Shown: in pieces, positions 29,361-41,278 of the stretch
How positions within the stretch are numbered: position 1 is the first letter of the stretch
How the letters are laid out: each line of letters opens with the position of its first letter
From: Nitrososphaerales archaeon
Lineage (GTDB): Archaea; Thermoproteota; Nitrososphaeria; Nitrososphaerales; UBA213
Length of the DNA: 64,000 nt
Direction of reading: 5' to 3'
Assembly: GCA_965197925.1 (NCBI GenBank)
Contig: CBDAOC010000013.1
Location: forward strand, 1 to 64,000
Notes under the pieces: generated by a model
What the model saw: the letters and a program-made list of their open reading frames with translations, nothing else
Database searches by the model: none
What the model was told of the DNA's origin: nothing
Translations under genes and position numbers: made by a program

Positions 29361-30533
29361 ATGTTAAGAGATGCTATTGATAAAGTTGAAAGTAATTTTG
29401 ATGAAATACTTCTTACAGCATCTGAGATGATAAAAATTCCGAGCAGGAACCCTCCAGGAGAAGAGAGGAAGTGTGCTGAATATATCTATTCAAGACTGAA
29501 AGAATTGGGGTACGAAACCTATATGATAAATGAACCTTTCGAAGATAGACCGCAAGTAATAGGGCTGTTGAGAGGAAGAAGTACCGATACCGTAATGTTA
29601 AACGGTCATATAGACACTGTGCCAGAAGGCAATCCAGAAAGCTGGAGCATGGACCCATTTTCAGGTGAAACAAGAGACGGTTTTCTTTATGGAAGAGGTG
29701 CGGTAGATATGAAGAGCAGCTTAGCAATAATGATGCATGCGGCAAAATTTGCAGAATCAGACGGTAGCCTGTTGCTTACCTTTGCAATTGGTGAAGAGAG
29801 GGCAGAACCAGGAACATCATTATTGTTATCATGGATAAATAGATTTGATCTTAAGATAAAATATGGACTGGTAATGGAACCTACAGGAATGCAAGTTGCT
29901 ACCCATCAGAAGGGAGCTGTTTGGTTCAATATCAAGATTAATGGTAGAGCCACACATGCATCTTTGCCAAGTGAAGGGATTAATGCAATTGAGATCGCTA
30001 ACTATATGATGCAAACAATTCAAGATTACAAAAATGAAATAGGAAAGAGATCACATAACCTTGAAGCCATTGAGACATGCAGTATCACTAAGATCAATGG
30101 AGGGGTAAAAGAAAACATGATTCCTGATAGGTGTGAAGTCGTTATAGACAGGAGGTTAGTTCCAGGAGAATCAACAAATCAAGTTGAAAATGAATTTTCA
30201 TCATTATTTGATAAAATGCAAGTGGATTATAAAATTACAAAACTTGGCTCAAGAGAACCTGTAGAGCTGTCAAATGATTCCTTACTAGCAAAAACTATTC
30301 TGGATGTGATGCGTCAGTTGGAAATCCAAAGTGGTACCATATGTTTTACCGGAGCAACCGATAATGAATATTTGGTTGCCAACGGAATAGAAAGTTTGGT
30401 TTGGGGGCCCGGAGAGCTGAGGTATGCTCATGCCATAGACGAACGAATAAGCATTAGTGATTTTAAAAATGCTACTACTACACTTGTGATTACATTGAAC
30501 AAATTACTTCAAACCACTTCTGTAAACGGTTAA
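29361..30533 (+). CDS. M20 family metallopeptidase/deacylase (ArgE/DapE-like)
   Basis: LNGHIDTVP, LYGRGAVDMK, GEE, EPT, HAS.P..G.NAI, GATD, AHAIDE. Confidence 0.92.
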   Translation: MLRDAIDKVESNFDEILLTASEMIKIPSRNPPGEERKCAEYIYSRLKELGYETYMINEPFEDRPQVIGLLRGRSTDTVMLNGHIDTVPEGNPESWSMDPFSGETRDGFLYGRGAVDMKSSLAIMMHAAKFAESDGSLLLTFAIGEERAEPGTSLLLSWINRFDLKIKYGLVMEPTGMQVATHQKGAVWFNIKINGRATHASLPSEGINAIEIANYMMQTIQDYKNEIGKRSHNLEAIETCSITKINGGVKENMIPDRCEVVIDRRLVPGESTNQVENEFSSLFDKMQVDYKITKLGSREPVELSNDSLLAKTILDVMRQLEIQSGTICFTGATDNEYLVANGIESLVWGPGELRYAHAIDERISISDFKNATTTLVITLNKLLQTTSVNG

Positions 30534-31296
30534 TCAGATATAATAAATACATTTCCTTCAATATCAATGAAGAAGATAATCATCTAGCACTAAAATGGTA
30601 TATAGTAGTGTTAATGAGTTCAAGTTTATTTTGTTATAGCATTTGTGAGATCAAGGAAAAGTATAGAAAATATTCACATTTTGAGAACTTAAATTTCAGT
30701 ATACATGATCGCAAAAGGCTAACTCTTGGGAATTATATAATCAATTAATAGTTAGGAAGTAATTTTTTCCTCTACCAAATATTCAATCTCAGAAAAAAGT
30801 CAGTCTTTCTTACACACATGATTTTATGGTTTACATTCTAAAGCAATTAGGATATCAAAAATTGACAACAAATCCAGTATTAATGCAAGAACTGCTTGCA
30901 CCTGGTTGTATTTAAGCTGCAAGATGGTCAGATAGTAATAGACAGGGGTTTTCAAGAAATATTACAGACAGAGATGTGTTTGAATGGATTGGACCAAAAA
31001 CGATCTATAGCAAATTTAGCACGACTCTATTTTCCCTATTTAACAAACGAGAAGATAATAGATTATTCTTTTTTTATAGAGACATTTATTTTGCGGAATT
31101 AGAATTTACGTAATCGATACATTGATATTTTTATGTTAACGAATTATAACGAGGAATAGTAATTCCAAGAAAAAGTTGGATGGGTTAAGTTTACTGCTTG
31201 GAAAGTCCTTTGTAATCATATATTTTCTGGTAGTAGGTTATTCCTATATCCTTAACGTAATCTATTTAAAATCCATACGGTCGCGCTAGATATGTA

Positions 31297-31518
31297 ATGT
31301 CAGAAGATAGAAGTGTCCTTTACAAAATAAGGTGGGAGATATTAGTTATAGCGGCTTCACTTGTGCTTTCTGCAGTCGTAGTGCTTGCCATACCTAATGA
31401 CTTTACAGATAAAATGCTTAACCAGCAAAAAGAGGAAAGAGAAGCGAAAAAAAAGGTTATTGAAATAGGAGATCGGGTTGGTTTTAATGAAAGTGGAATG
31501 GCTGTTACCACTCCCTGA
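31297..31518 (+). CDS. Small single-pass membrane protein
   Basis: TATA-like TTTAAA ~28 nt upstream; one hydrophobic helix. Confidence 0.6.
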   Translation: MSEDRSVLYKIRWEILVIAASLVLSAVVVLAIPNDFTDKMLNQQKEEREAKKKVIEIGDRVGFNESGMAVTTP

Positions 31519-31562
31519 TTAAATCACTCTTACCTTGAACATGTAATTAAGTTCACAAAAAT

Positions 31563-32011
31563 TCACCATACTACACGCAAATTTATCAAGTAAACCCTAT
31601 TTTGTAAATCAATCTTATACATATCATTCCCTTCTTTCACAAGCTTTCCTATCTGCATTAATTTACCAAAGCAATCAATAACAAATACAAATGTGTTAAT
31701 CCTGTAGGTTCGACTACGTTGTTTATTAGGAATCCTACTAAAGACCCCTGAACGGCACCAACCCCTCCAGTAGATTCTTGCAGGTCTGCATGAGCGCATT
31801 TGTTTTCCCAGCAGTAACTCCCAATCGTTCCCGAATAATGTTCATCCTCATATACCAGCCATATGCTCTGAGGACCCAAGTTTCCTGGCAGAGACTTTGT
31901 AAAATATCCATATCCAAAAATAAACCATATTATTATTACTGCAAGGAAAAGTACAATGATTACTAATTTGGTAGAAAATCCTTCTTTTCTAGCGTAAGCA
32001 TCTTCAGACAC
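31563..32011 (-). pseudogene. Membrane-anchored hypothetical protein, possibly frameshifted (or intact as 31658..32011)
   Basis: N-terminal TM then GSYCWENKCAHAD; a second frame continues to 31563. Confidence 0.45.
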
Positions 32012-32014
32012 TTT

Positions 32015-33415
32015 CTAATTTAAGAAAGAATATTCCCTAAAACCTTCTGTTGTCACTCCACTCCCTATCTTTACTAACACAAATTCTCTCTTTGATGACA
32101 AGAACGTTTCATCTAAAAGCCTCTCTCCTTCATGTAATTTTTCATATTCATCTATAGAGATTTTCTTCCTCTCACCTATCTCATTTTCTAGATCCATTTG
32201 TTTTACAATTTCAAGGTTTGTTGGTTGAATTATCCCACTAAAGACCATTGCACTGCTACCACTTCCATAAGATGCAAAGCCTACTCTTTTTCCAGCAAGA
32301 TCTATACCCTTTCTATGCTCAAATTCCAGCTCGCTCCTGAAGCCCATGTACAGTGATCCTGTGTAAAGGTTACCTACTATTTCTGACGCTTTTAATGAAC
32401 TGGCAAGTTTCGCATTAAAGATGTTATTGTATTGTGGTGTTTGCATAAACTTCTTTCTAAATACCTCGTCCTTCTCCATGAATTCTCTATCAGTAAGTAT
32501 CGATTCAATTGTACCATTATTGGTGTTTGGCTTGGGTTCCTCCATCCCAACTTCGTTGATAACATCGGCCCATTTTGGAAGGGTTCTCCATTCATGACGT
32601 AGTAAGAAAGACAGAGCATTTTTTCCCATCTTGGCATACGGTAGATGAAGAGCTAAGTAGTCTATGTGGTCTATAACCGATTCATTAGTTCCTAGTGTAA
32701 AAAGACCAGTTTTCAGTGCCTTCTCCTTGTACTTTATCATCGCCTTCTTCACCTGTATAAGGTATGATAGATTCGAGTAAGCACCATTAACCAGTGGGGT
32801 TTGTCGTCCAAAAGGTCTGAAGAAATCATGCTCATTCTTTATCACAGTAGAGGTAACCTTTTGATCAAACACAAGAATTCGAGGATCTTCTTTAACTAGC
32901 ATCGCGACAGCACCAGCTCCTTGAGTGTATTCACCTGTGGAACCAATATCATACTTTGCTACATCACTAACAACAATTATAGCAGCTCTTCCTTCATTCT
33001 CATCCGCCCTTATCCAATTAGAATTATCGTATAGAGCATATGATCCGCTAACGCACGCAAACTTACACTCTATGCCACCACAATGCTCAAAGCTGTCATT
33101 CCCATAAATCTGTTCAAGCATGCCAACAACATAGGAGTTCATGGCCTTTGATTCGTCAAGCCCTGATTCCGTTGCTACATACAGCCTACCAACATCTTCC
33201 GGTTGAAGGTTATTCCTCTCCATCAGTTTTAGGCATGCATTTGAGGCCATCGTGGCTGGATCCTGATTAGTATCAACCATTGCCATCATCTTCACACCTA
33301 TACCAAACTCAAGCTTTGCAGGATTTATTCCCCTTGCCTCGGCAAAGTCCTTAGAATCTATGTATAACTTTGGTACGTATATGGCTATATCGTCTATGCC
33401 TACGAGCCTAGACAT
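32015..33415 (-). CDS. mvaS: Hydroxymethylglutaryl-CoA synthase
   Basis: VGIDDI, VATES..D.SK, KFACVSG, GEYTQGAGAVA, HLPY, VGNLYTGS, SYGSG. Confidence 0.95.
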   Translation of the reverse strand: MSRLVGIDDIAIYVPKLYIDSKDFAEARGINPAKLEFGIGVKMMAMVDTNQDPATMASNACLKLMERNNLQPEDVGRLYVATESGLDESKAMNSYVVGMLEQIYGNDSFEHCGGIECKFACVSGSYALYDNSNWIRADENEGRAAIIVVSDVAKYDIGSTGEYTQGAGAVAMLVKEDPRILVFDQKVTSTVIKNEHDFFRPFGRQTPLVNGAYSNLSYLIQVKKAMIKYKEKALKTGLFTLGTNESVIDHIDYLALHLPYAKMGKNALSFLLRHEWRTLPKWADVINEVGMEEPKPNTNNGTIESILTDREFMEKDEVFRKKFMQTPQYNNIFNAKLASSLKASEIVGNLYTGSLYMGFRSELEFEHRKGIDLAGKRVGFASYGSGSSAMVFSGIIQPTNLEIVKQMDLENEIGERKKISIDEYEKLHEGERLLDETFLSSKREFVLVKIGSGVTTEGFREYSFLN

Positions 33416-33938
33416 TGGACATCAATCCTTTAGCTGTCATATATATCTATTTAGACAATTTCTTTAGTTCTCTAACAGAAATATGATCAATTACAAGATT
33501 TTACATTTATTTATCTTTATAGCCTTAATATTGAAAAATTTATCGAACCATGAGAGGCAATTCACTTCTATAAAGGTCTTGAATCTCTAGCAATATAATT
33601 TGGTATTTTTTGGAGAGATTGTATTCTGACGAATATACTGATATTCACTGTTATGGCAGGTCTAGAAAAAAAATTATGTTAGATATAGAACGGATTTTGG
33701 ATTATAAGATATTTGGATGTGTAATAACTGACGAAGTATTTTCACTACAAGGTAAGACGATCTAGATGATCCAGCAGCAAAAACCAAAAAATGATCCACC
33801 ATATTGATCTTCTATACCAGATTAAATTAGGCTAACACCGTGGATCGAAGAACTATTCCACCAATTGAGGAAATTAGAACACTTCGGGAATGACATTAAT
33901 GATGCTATAGTTCTTATACAATATTCTTTTTCTCACAT

Positions 33939-34800
33939 ATGCTTATTTCAAATAATAGGTGCCCTAGGTGTTGCAGTGGTAAAATAATATTATTATACGA
34001 ATCGGAGAAACTAACTTGCAGCGGCTGCGGCTAAATTCCTCACAAGATTATTAATAGAAAGCTAGATTGGGAAGCATTTACAAAAGCGGACAGAAGAAAT
34101 AGAGAGAAGCCGACTCATATTTTACAAAAGCTGGTAAGGGATTTCAGCAATCATTGGAAAAGCGTCTATGACCGCAAATGGAAGATCATTGATGTTAAGA
34201 GTATTTGTTTACAGTATGCAGATATGGGATACTAATATCAAATTCCATCCCCAAGCAGAGAAATATTATACATGTGATGAATTTCCTATCAAGACTTTGG
34301 ACATATACTACTATAATCCCCTAATGAAGGAAGTTACTATACACATCTATCGGAAGATGTTAACTTGTATATTAATGATGAACAGATCGATAAAAGGGAA
34401 AATATTATCTTCCGTGTTAGTTGGGAGTAGTAATCATGGTGACCAGAAAAGTGACGCGGTGAAAAATTAGTTATCTTAACAATAGTGGGTAAGCAAAGTG
34501 TTACCATGTATTGTTGAACGAGCGTGGAAAGAATATGCTTGTCATAGTTGCATTGAGGTAAATATCAGGTATAACAACCGGAGTTGTACAAAAAAAATGA
34601 AAATACAGAGGTAAGCATTGGATTATAGATAACCAAGCAAAGAAAAAGGATGCTAATGGAAAGAATCCGATGGATATTGCACCCACTGCATCAATACAGC
34701 ACTAATCCTAGGAGAAGAAATAATCACACATTACAAGCTCGACAATTGTGTATGGATAACCGGTGTAAAACCAGGAAAGAATCACTCTCACCTATACCAA
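33939..34800 (+). pseudogene. tfb: Heavily decayed transcription initiation factor IIB (end approximate)
   Basis: Manual translation RCPRC...TCSGCG*, DWEAF, ISAIIGK..TANGRSL, QIWD, HIYRK..NRSI, AKCYHVLL, GKNPMDIAPTA, colinear with the intact TFB at 59769. Confidence 0.8.
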
Positions 34801-34851
34801 ATATTGAATTCTAAATAGTAAATATTATATCTAGTATTAATCGTTGTTAAC

Positions 34852-35898
34852 TTGGATTTGGTTACTGTATTTGTTAATGGTTTTGGTAACATAGGGAGGA
34901 GACTTGCGAGCGCATTATCTGTAGATAAGGAATTCAAGTTTTTAGGTATATCAAAATATACTCCTGATGAAAGAATAAGGGAAGCCCTAGACCAGAACTT
35001 TAGCATATATGTTCCAGATGATAATATTGCTGCTTTCGATGGTTATAATATTACGGGAACAGTGAGGGATGCTATTGAGCAGAGTGATATCGTTGTAGAT
35101 GCAGCTAAGGAAGGTTTGGGATTTGCAAATAAAGTAAAATATTACTTACCAATGTCAAAGACAGCAATATTTCAAGGTGGGGAGGACAGGAATGGGGAGA
35201 GAAGCGTTGCCGATATGATCCATAATTCACGAGTAAATTATGAAAAAAGTTTCGGTAAAAAATATGTCATACAGGGTAGTTGTAATGTGACTGGTTTGGG
35301 AAGGGTTATGCAACCATTAATAGAGAAGTATGGAGATGCTATAGAGAGGTTTGATGCCACGCTTATCAGACGATGGGCCGATCTCGAGGATAAAAAAGAA
35401 ATAAAGGATTCGATAGAGTGGACCAGTAACCCGCATCATCAGGACGATGTAGCTGATTTTATAGAAAAGCCTCCATTATACGTTGATGTTTATAAGGTAC
35501 CCTCAAGGATGATGCACTTGCACCAGCTTTATGTTAGATTCAAAAAAGGTTACTCTCCTAGTATTGACGAAGCAATGGATTTATTAGAAAAGGAATTTGG
35601 TATTGTTGTTCTTCAAAGTGCGAAAGGAACTGCAAGTGTCAGAAATAAAGCAAAAGAATTAGGGTTTCCTCACGGTGATACCAACGCAGTCCATATACAT
35701 GCTGATGTGTTTAAGCTTCAGGGTGATACTTTAAAGATAGTCTATTCTGATGATCAAACAGGTATGGTGATACCTGAAAATCATATGCTGCTACAGGCAA
35801 TGGCATTTAAGCGTAATAGAGAAGAAGCAATTAATAGAACTGATAGACTTTTTAATATGAATAAGCAAAAGAAAATCCTAATGGAAGAATTCCGATAA
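34852..35898 (+). CDS. gap: Type II (archaeal) glyceraldehyde-3-phosphate dehydrogenase
   Basis: VNGFGNIGRR, IFQGGE, SCNVTGL, IRRWAD, HHQDDV, MHLH, VIPEN. Confidence 0.92.
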   Translation: MDLVTVFVNGFGNIGRRLASALSVDKEFKFLGISKYTPDERIREALDQNFSIYVPDDNIAAFDGYNITGTVRDAIEQSDIVVDAAKEGLGFANKVKYYLPMSKTAIFQGGEDRNGERSVADMIHNSRVNYEKSFGKKYVIQGSCNVTGLGRVMQPLIEKYGDAIERFDATLIRRWADLEDKKEIKDSIEWTSNPHHQDDVADFIEKPPLYVDVYKVPSRMMHLHQLYVRFKKGYSPSIDEAMDLLEKEFGIVVLQSAKGTASVRNKAKELGFPHGDTNAVHIHADVFKLQGDTLKIVYSDDQTGMVIPENHMLLQAMAFKRNREEAINRTDRLFNMNKQKKILMEEFR

Positions 35899-36016
35899 TT
35901 GAGAATAAAATATTTGATATTATACACAACAATCTTCAACGATGTTCATGAGACCCAATCTAAATCATAGCTAACCTTTATTTATTACAAATGGGTGATT
36001 ATTTTCATCTAGAAAG

Positions 36017-37318
36017 ATGGTTGATATAGCATTACCGATTGATATAGCATTACCAATAGCTGCATTGATTGGATTAATAGTGCTCTCCGGATTTTACAGC
36101 GGTCTCGAGGTAGCTTTTGTGTCTATAAGTAAAGGGCAGCTAAAAAGGTTTCTAAATGAAAATAGGCGGGGAGCGAAATCCCTTCAAAAATTAAAATCAA
36201 ATCCTAGTAGGATGTTGACAACATTATTAATTGGTAATAATCTGGTGAACGTAGCAGCAGCTGCAATTGCGACCAACCTAGCAATAATCTTGGTTGGTGA
36301 TTTAGGCGTTGGTTATGCGATTGGAATAATGACCTTCCTATTACTCGTGTTTGGAGAGATAACCCCAAAAGCATACTGTAATGCACATGCCGAATCCATA
36401 TCACTCCGATGGGCAGGAGTTATGATGGTGCATGAATATGTTATATTCCCAATAGTAAAAATGTTCGAATTAATTACTAAAGGAATCTTTAAGGTAATGG
36501 GAACACAAGAACATCCTCCACCAATTAGCGAAGAGGAGGTAAAAGCATTCATAGACGTTGGTGTAGAAGAAAAAATATTGCTGAAAGAAGAAAAGAAACT
36601 CATCGATGAGGTTCTAGAGTTTTATGATATACCTGTTAGAGCCGTCATGACTCCTAGAAAGAACATGTATGTGCTTAATGCACATACGTTAATTCGGGAA
36701 TCGATCCCCCTTATAAACAAGGGGGTATATTCCCGCGTCCCGATAATAGAAGGAACTAAAGACAATGTCGTTGGAATCGTTCATAACAGGGACCTTCTTC
36801 GAGAGTTGGAGCACAAAAATATGGATGCTATGTTGAAGGACATAGCACGAAAGCCATTATTTGTCTCTCAGGAAAAAAGGATCAGCGAACTTCTTAAGGA
36901 ATTTCAGAGCAGGCGGATGCACATGGCTATTGTTGTTGATGAGTTCGGAGGAACAGAAGGATTGGTTACTCTTGAAGATATAATAGAGGAACTTGTAGGA
37001 GAGATTGTTGACGAGACAGATATAGATAGGCTATTGATTGTTACAGTAGATAAGAATACAGTAATAGTGCATGGAGATGTTGAAATTGATGATGTAAACG
37101 AAGCACTAAACATCCATATACCCAAAGGAGAAGATTACTCCACACTTAATGCCTTCCTTCACGAAAAGCTTCATGATATTCCGAAGCAAGGAGACAAGGT
37201 AACAATAAGCAATGTAGTTATTAGTGTGGAAGAAGTGAAACAAAATGCTCCCTTAAAAATCAAAGTGCAAAGGCTTCATTCTGATTATTTGGACAAATCA
37301 GCTATAGAACAACGATAG
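36017..37318 (+). CDS. CNNM/CorC (hemolysin-family) CBS protein
   Basis: DUF21 TM region (LIGNNLVN, FGEITPK), VMTPR, SRVPI, HMAIVVDEFGGTEGLVTLEDIIEE, CorC C-terminus. Confidence 0.93.
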   Translation: MVDIALPIDIALPIAALIGLIVLSGFYSGLEVAFVSISKGQLKRFLNENRRGAKSLQKLKSNPSRMLTTLLIGNNLVNVAAAAIATNLAIILVGDLGVGYAIGIMTFLLLVFGEITPKAYCNAHAESISLRWAGVMMVHEYVIFPIVKMFELITKGIFKVMGTQEHPPPISEEEVKAFIDVGVEEKILLKEEKKLIDEVLEFYDIPVRAVMTPRKNMYVLNAHTLIRESIPLINKGVYSRVPIIEGTKDNVVGIVHNRDLLRELEHKNMDAMLKDIARKPLFVSQEKRISELLKEFQSRRMHMAIVVDEFGGTEGLVTLEDIIEELVGEIVDETDIDRLLIVTVDKNTVIVHGDVEIDDVNEALNIHIPKGEDYSTLNAFLHEKLHDIPKQGDKVTISNVVISVEEVKQNAPLKIKVQRLHSDYLDKSAIEQR

Positions 37319-37382
37319 CATAATTTTCTATTACTATATTTTTTGTATTAAAAGCTAATAACTAAACTATAGAGAAGACGAA

Positions 37383-38035
37383 TCAGTCGTTCTTTAAGAA
37401 TTATTATTTTTTATAATCTCTTATTATTTTTATTACTTCATCATCACTTATCTAAGCAAAATCCTCATAGAATTCACCAAAAGTGCTAAATTCTGATGGC
37501 GTATGTAAAAACCAGAGTTCTATCAACAATTTCTTTAAATTTTCTAACCACTTGGCTTGGAGCAACAGATATTGCAAGTATTACCATCCTAGGTTTTTTG
37601 TTTTTTGATCCATGTTATTGCTACCATCGTTGTTGCAACGGTAGCTATACCATCATCAATTATTACAATGGTTTTATCCTTCAAATCATATTTACCGCTT
37701 CCATGGAAAACTACTAACCTGCGTCCTGCTTCGGTCTGGACCTCAATATCTGGGAACACTTTTCCCTGTTTTATGCCCAATATTTTGATCACATATTCAT
37801 TAATGTAAGAGCTGCCATCAAGCATTATAGCAGCTATTACCAATTCTGAATTGTGTGGTGCACTAAGCTTTCTTGGCACAACAACATCTAGTAGTGCATC
37901 TAGTGACTTTGCAACAACATCAACAACAACTATACCTCCTCGTGGTATAGCAAGAATTGTTATGTTTTCATTTTTCATTCCGGATAACTTTGCTACTAGC
38001 TATAACCCAGCATCATTCCTGTCTGTGAATCGCAT
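37383..38035 (-). pseudogene. Phosphoribosyltransferase, disrupted
   Basis: MRFTDRNDAGL*L, LAIPRGG, PRKL.AP.NSE, IIDDGIAT; several stops. Confidence 0.85.
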
Positions 38036-38408
38036 ACTGGTTCAAAGGGTCAGTCAGTTCATTATAAGCTAAGTCATGCTCTTTTTTCAATTAATATAAG
38101 TATAAAAAGTGCTATAAGGTCTTATTCAGTATAAATTCAAAACTGCTTATTTTACAGATGTCTATATTGATTTTGGTTGAACACACTTCATTTTTTGAGT
38201 ATTCTAAGAAGTATATACTTGCAGTATTATAGCATATTTTTATGTTATAAATTAAATAGAAGATGTCAAAATCGTAGGGCAAAAATGTTACAATTGCTCA
38301 CATAACGTATAGAAGTGAAAAAAGTATCATGATCTTATTCATTGGTTCTAAAAAATACTTTAGCTAATAACAGGAAATGTTTTTTACCATCTACTATTTC
38401 AAAAATAT

Positions 38409-39050
38409 ATGGAACGAACGTTAGGAATAGCTATTGTTGGTAGTGTTGTTATATTAGTTGCATTAGCAATGATTCTAGTTGTAGTACCAGATATAACCTT
38501 CGTCGAAGTTACTCCGACCTCAGTAAAGGTTGGTGCATTAGGAGGAGAAGCGCCAGTACATTCTGAAAATAAAATACAACAATTAGAACCTAGCTCTCTA
38601 GACGATTTGGAGCCCACACAAAGAGAACATCTACAGCAACAGTTAGATGACTTGAAGAAACAACAAACAAGAGATAGTCAAGAACAATTAGAAAATCTAC
38701 AACAACAAATAGATGATCTGAAAAAACAAGATGTGAAAGAGCAACCAGACTTGGAACGACAGATGTTAGATTATCAAGGGACTTGGAATGTTAGTGGAAA
38801 TTCTTATGGTTACTCTCTCTCTGCGAGGATAATATTATATGATAATACAGAATACGAGATGGAAGGAAATATAGGTGGTGCACCCTTACAAAGTGTTGGG
38901 ATTTATAATATTGATACTAACAATGGAATATTTACGATGATTAATGAAATAGGTCAAATTTCAAGTTATTATATAACAGATCAAAGAATTGATTCCTTTT
39001 TGTTATCCAATCCTCTTACTGGAGAATTTTATTCATTTATGCGAAATTAA
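38409..39050 (+). CDS. Membrane-anchored hypothetical protein with Gln-rich coiled coil and beta-rich C-terminus
   Basis: N-terminal TM; LQQQ(L/I)DDLKKQ twice; YQGTWNV (lipocalin-like GxW). Confidence 0.75.
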   Translation: MERTLGIAIVGSVVILVALAMILVVVPDITFVEVTPTSVKVGALGGEAPVHSENKIQQLEPSSLDDLEPTQREHLQQQLDDLKKQQTRDSQEQLENLQQQIDDLKKQDVKEQPDLERQMLDYQGTWNVSGNSYGYSLSARIILYDNTEYEMEGNIGGAPLQSVGIYNIDTNNGIFTMINEIGQISSYYITDQRIDSFLLSNPLTGEFYSFMRN

Positions 39051-39348
39051 GGATTATGAGAGAAAAACTGATCACTCATTTTGTTTCTAGATAATCAATA
39101 TAGAACAAGGGTAAATAAGTTATTTATTCTTGTTCCTTTGAAATTGAAACTTTATTTTCGAAAAAGTAAGTATATTTATAAAAAGTTAAGTTTCTATAGG
39201 GAAGGCATCATCCTTTTCTGAGTCCTTTGGTACAGAATAGTAGGGCTAGTAAGCATGTTCCTTTTGTACATGTGAATTATAGGCTTTTTTTCCAGAGCAA
39301 AGTACCCTATGCCTTTCACATACTTCGTAAATATGCCCATACTTAATT

Positions 39349-40439
39349 GAGGCATGGGCATTATTCCATATAACAAAAATAACTTGATGCCTCTGATTGA
39401 TTAACTTCCCAACATGTGCTTCAATGCCCTTAATGGTCTTCCTGTTAGATGATTGTAGTACACCATTACCTGATACAACAATACTGATAACAACACTATA
39501 CTCCTTACCTTATCAAATCCTCTAACTGGCAATGGATCTATGGTAAATACATCCTTCATATGCTCTATCAATGGCTCAACGCTTATGCTCCTCCGAGAAT
39601 ATAATGCTGCCCATATTCAGAGTTATAGAACTGCAGCAATGCCAGTCTATTATTATCTGTAGTATGCCTATACCTTTCCAATGGGAATACTGGATGCCCT
39701 CTATACCTGCTGAAATCACATAACTTGTGATCATCATATCCTTCATCTCCTACAACATACTTTACCATTCCTGTAGGCAATGAAGATGTTATGCTTTCAT
39801 ACATCTTGTTATCAGTAATGTTAGCTGTTGTGAAATCAGCTGATAATGGAACTATCAATGAACCTGTGCTACATGCTAGATGCAGTTTGTATCCGAATAT
39901 CCATCCCTTGGTTCTGCTGTAGCCCCATCGAGCATCTGTATCTATACCCGAGCGTGGCACTTCATTCTTCTTCATGCTAGATTTGTGCCATACATGTCCC
40001 TTTGCTTTCAACAATGAACTATCAACGGATACTATGGCTGGTCTACCAACCCATCTTTTATGAAGAGCATACCCATAACATCTATCCTTGATCTTATGTC
40101 AATTGATACGGCCTTGACCTTCTGTCGAATGTTCTTCTGTCTGGTAATCTATTAAGACCACATGCCTTCATTACCTTCCTGTTGTATGGCATATCTATCG
40201 AAAAATATTGATGTAACACATTGTTGCTTGGTATTCTTATCCATACTCTAACGATGAAGCATCTCACCATAACTGTAGGAGAATAGTAGAATGGTCTACC
40301 CCTTTTCCTATTAGGTTTTGACTAGAATCACGTCAATCAAAAATAATATACGAAGGAGTATCGAGTCTGAGCTAAACACATTACCAATATGAACTGGAAC
40401 CTGATCTTATCGTTTCGAACTAAATTACGCCCAAGCCTC
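39349..40439 (-). mobile_element. ~1.1-kb IS with DDE_Tnp_1-type transposase, frameshifted
   Basis: TIRs GAGGCATGGGCATTATT / AATTACGCCCAAGCCTC; VDSS, DARWG, GYKLH, GDEGYD; flanks do not match. Confidence 0.9.
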
Positions 40440-40802
40440 AAATATATATCAAATTAGATCGAGATGAATAAGCACCAGTATCGTTCTAATAAGATTTAGC
40501 GGTTATTAGATATTGTTCTACTTTTTGTTCTGACTTTTTGGAATTCTTGTATCTACCCCGTGAATTATTTTTTCGTGTTGGTCACAAGCCTTGTGTGGTT
40601 TTACACTTTCATTCTTAAGTAACTTGTTGATACGTACATTTGATCCCACCGTTAATAGAACTAGTTATCAGGAAGTAACCCGTTTCCTCGTGAGAAGGCA
40701 AAGATTATCATATTGAATATCTAATTGCGTAGAAATAAATAATATCTATGATTGAATGAATATTCATAACTTATTTATGGCCTACTTCAATTTTGTGTAA
40801 CA

Positions 40803-41240
40803 ATGAAAAGTATTAGACTCGAGACTGGACTAGCAATTGCCTCTCTTGGACTTCATATAATGTTCGTGGCATATTTGTCATCATTTTACCATGCCCTGTC
40901 ACGTCCTATAGAAGGTTTTAATATTATATTTTATCCTTCACAGCTTCTATTGGTTGGCGTGTTCCTTTTTGCGCTACCAGGTTTTGGGTTAGTCATTATA
41001 ACATATTTTTTATCAAAAAGAGATGCGCCAAGGGAGACTAGCATCTTACTTATAGCTCATGGTATAATGATGCCGTTGGGAATGTTTTATGCGTCGACCC
41101 TTACAAGTAACATTAATGAAGCCTATAGATCTTTTGAACTTTTAATCATTCCACAAATATTCTTGATCGTTGGTGTTATACCAATAGCATTTGGTATTCA
41201 CATTGCGAAACTCAAACCAGTAAAACAACGTTATGGCTGA
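40803..41240 (+). CDS. Four-TM hypothetical membrane protein
   Basis: Four hydrophobic segments, TATA-like TTTAT ~25 nt upstream. Confidence 0.75.
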   Translation: MKSIRLETGLAIASLGLHIMFVAYLSSFYHALSRPIEGFNIIFYPSQLLLVGVFLFALPGFGLVIITYFLSKRDAPRETSILLIAHGIMMPLGMFYASTLTSNINEAYRSFELLIIPQIFLIVGVIPIAFGIHIAKLKPVKQRYG

Positions 41241-41278
41241 CATTACCTTTCTATTACGAAGTTCTAGAATCTCGAATT

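Noticed and set aside
30540..31290. Long low-coding stretches (also 14700..15200, 33480..33930, 44170..44590, 58610..58970, 62620..63330)
   Set aside because: Probably eroded genes, but no motif could be identified by eye
32015..33415. Stand-alone HMG-CoA synthase without thiolase/DUF35 neighbours as a recent transfer
   Set aside because: This type is expected in thaumarchaea and haloarchaea; nothing local indicates recent acquisition
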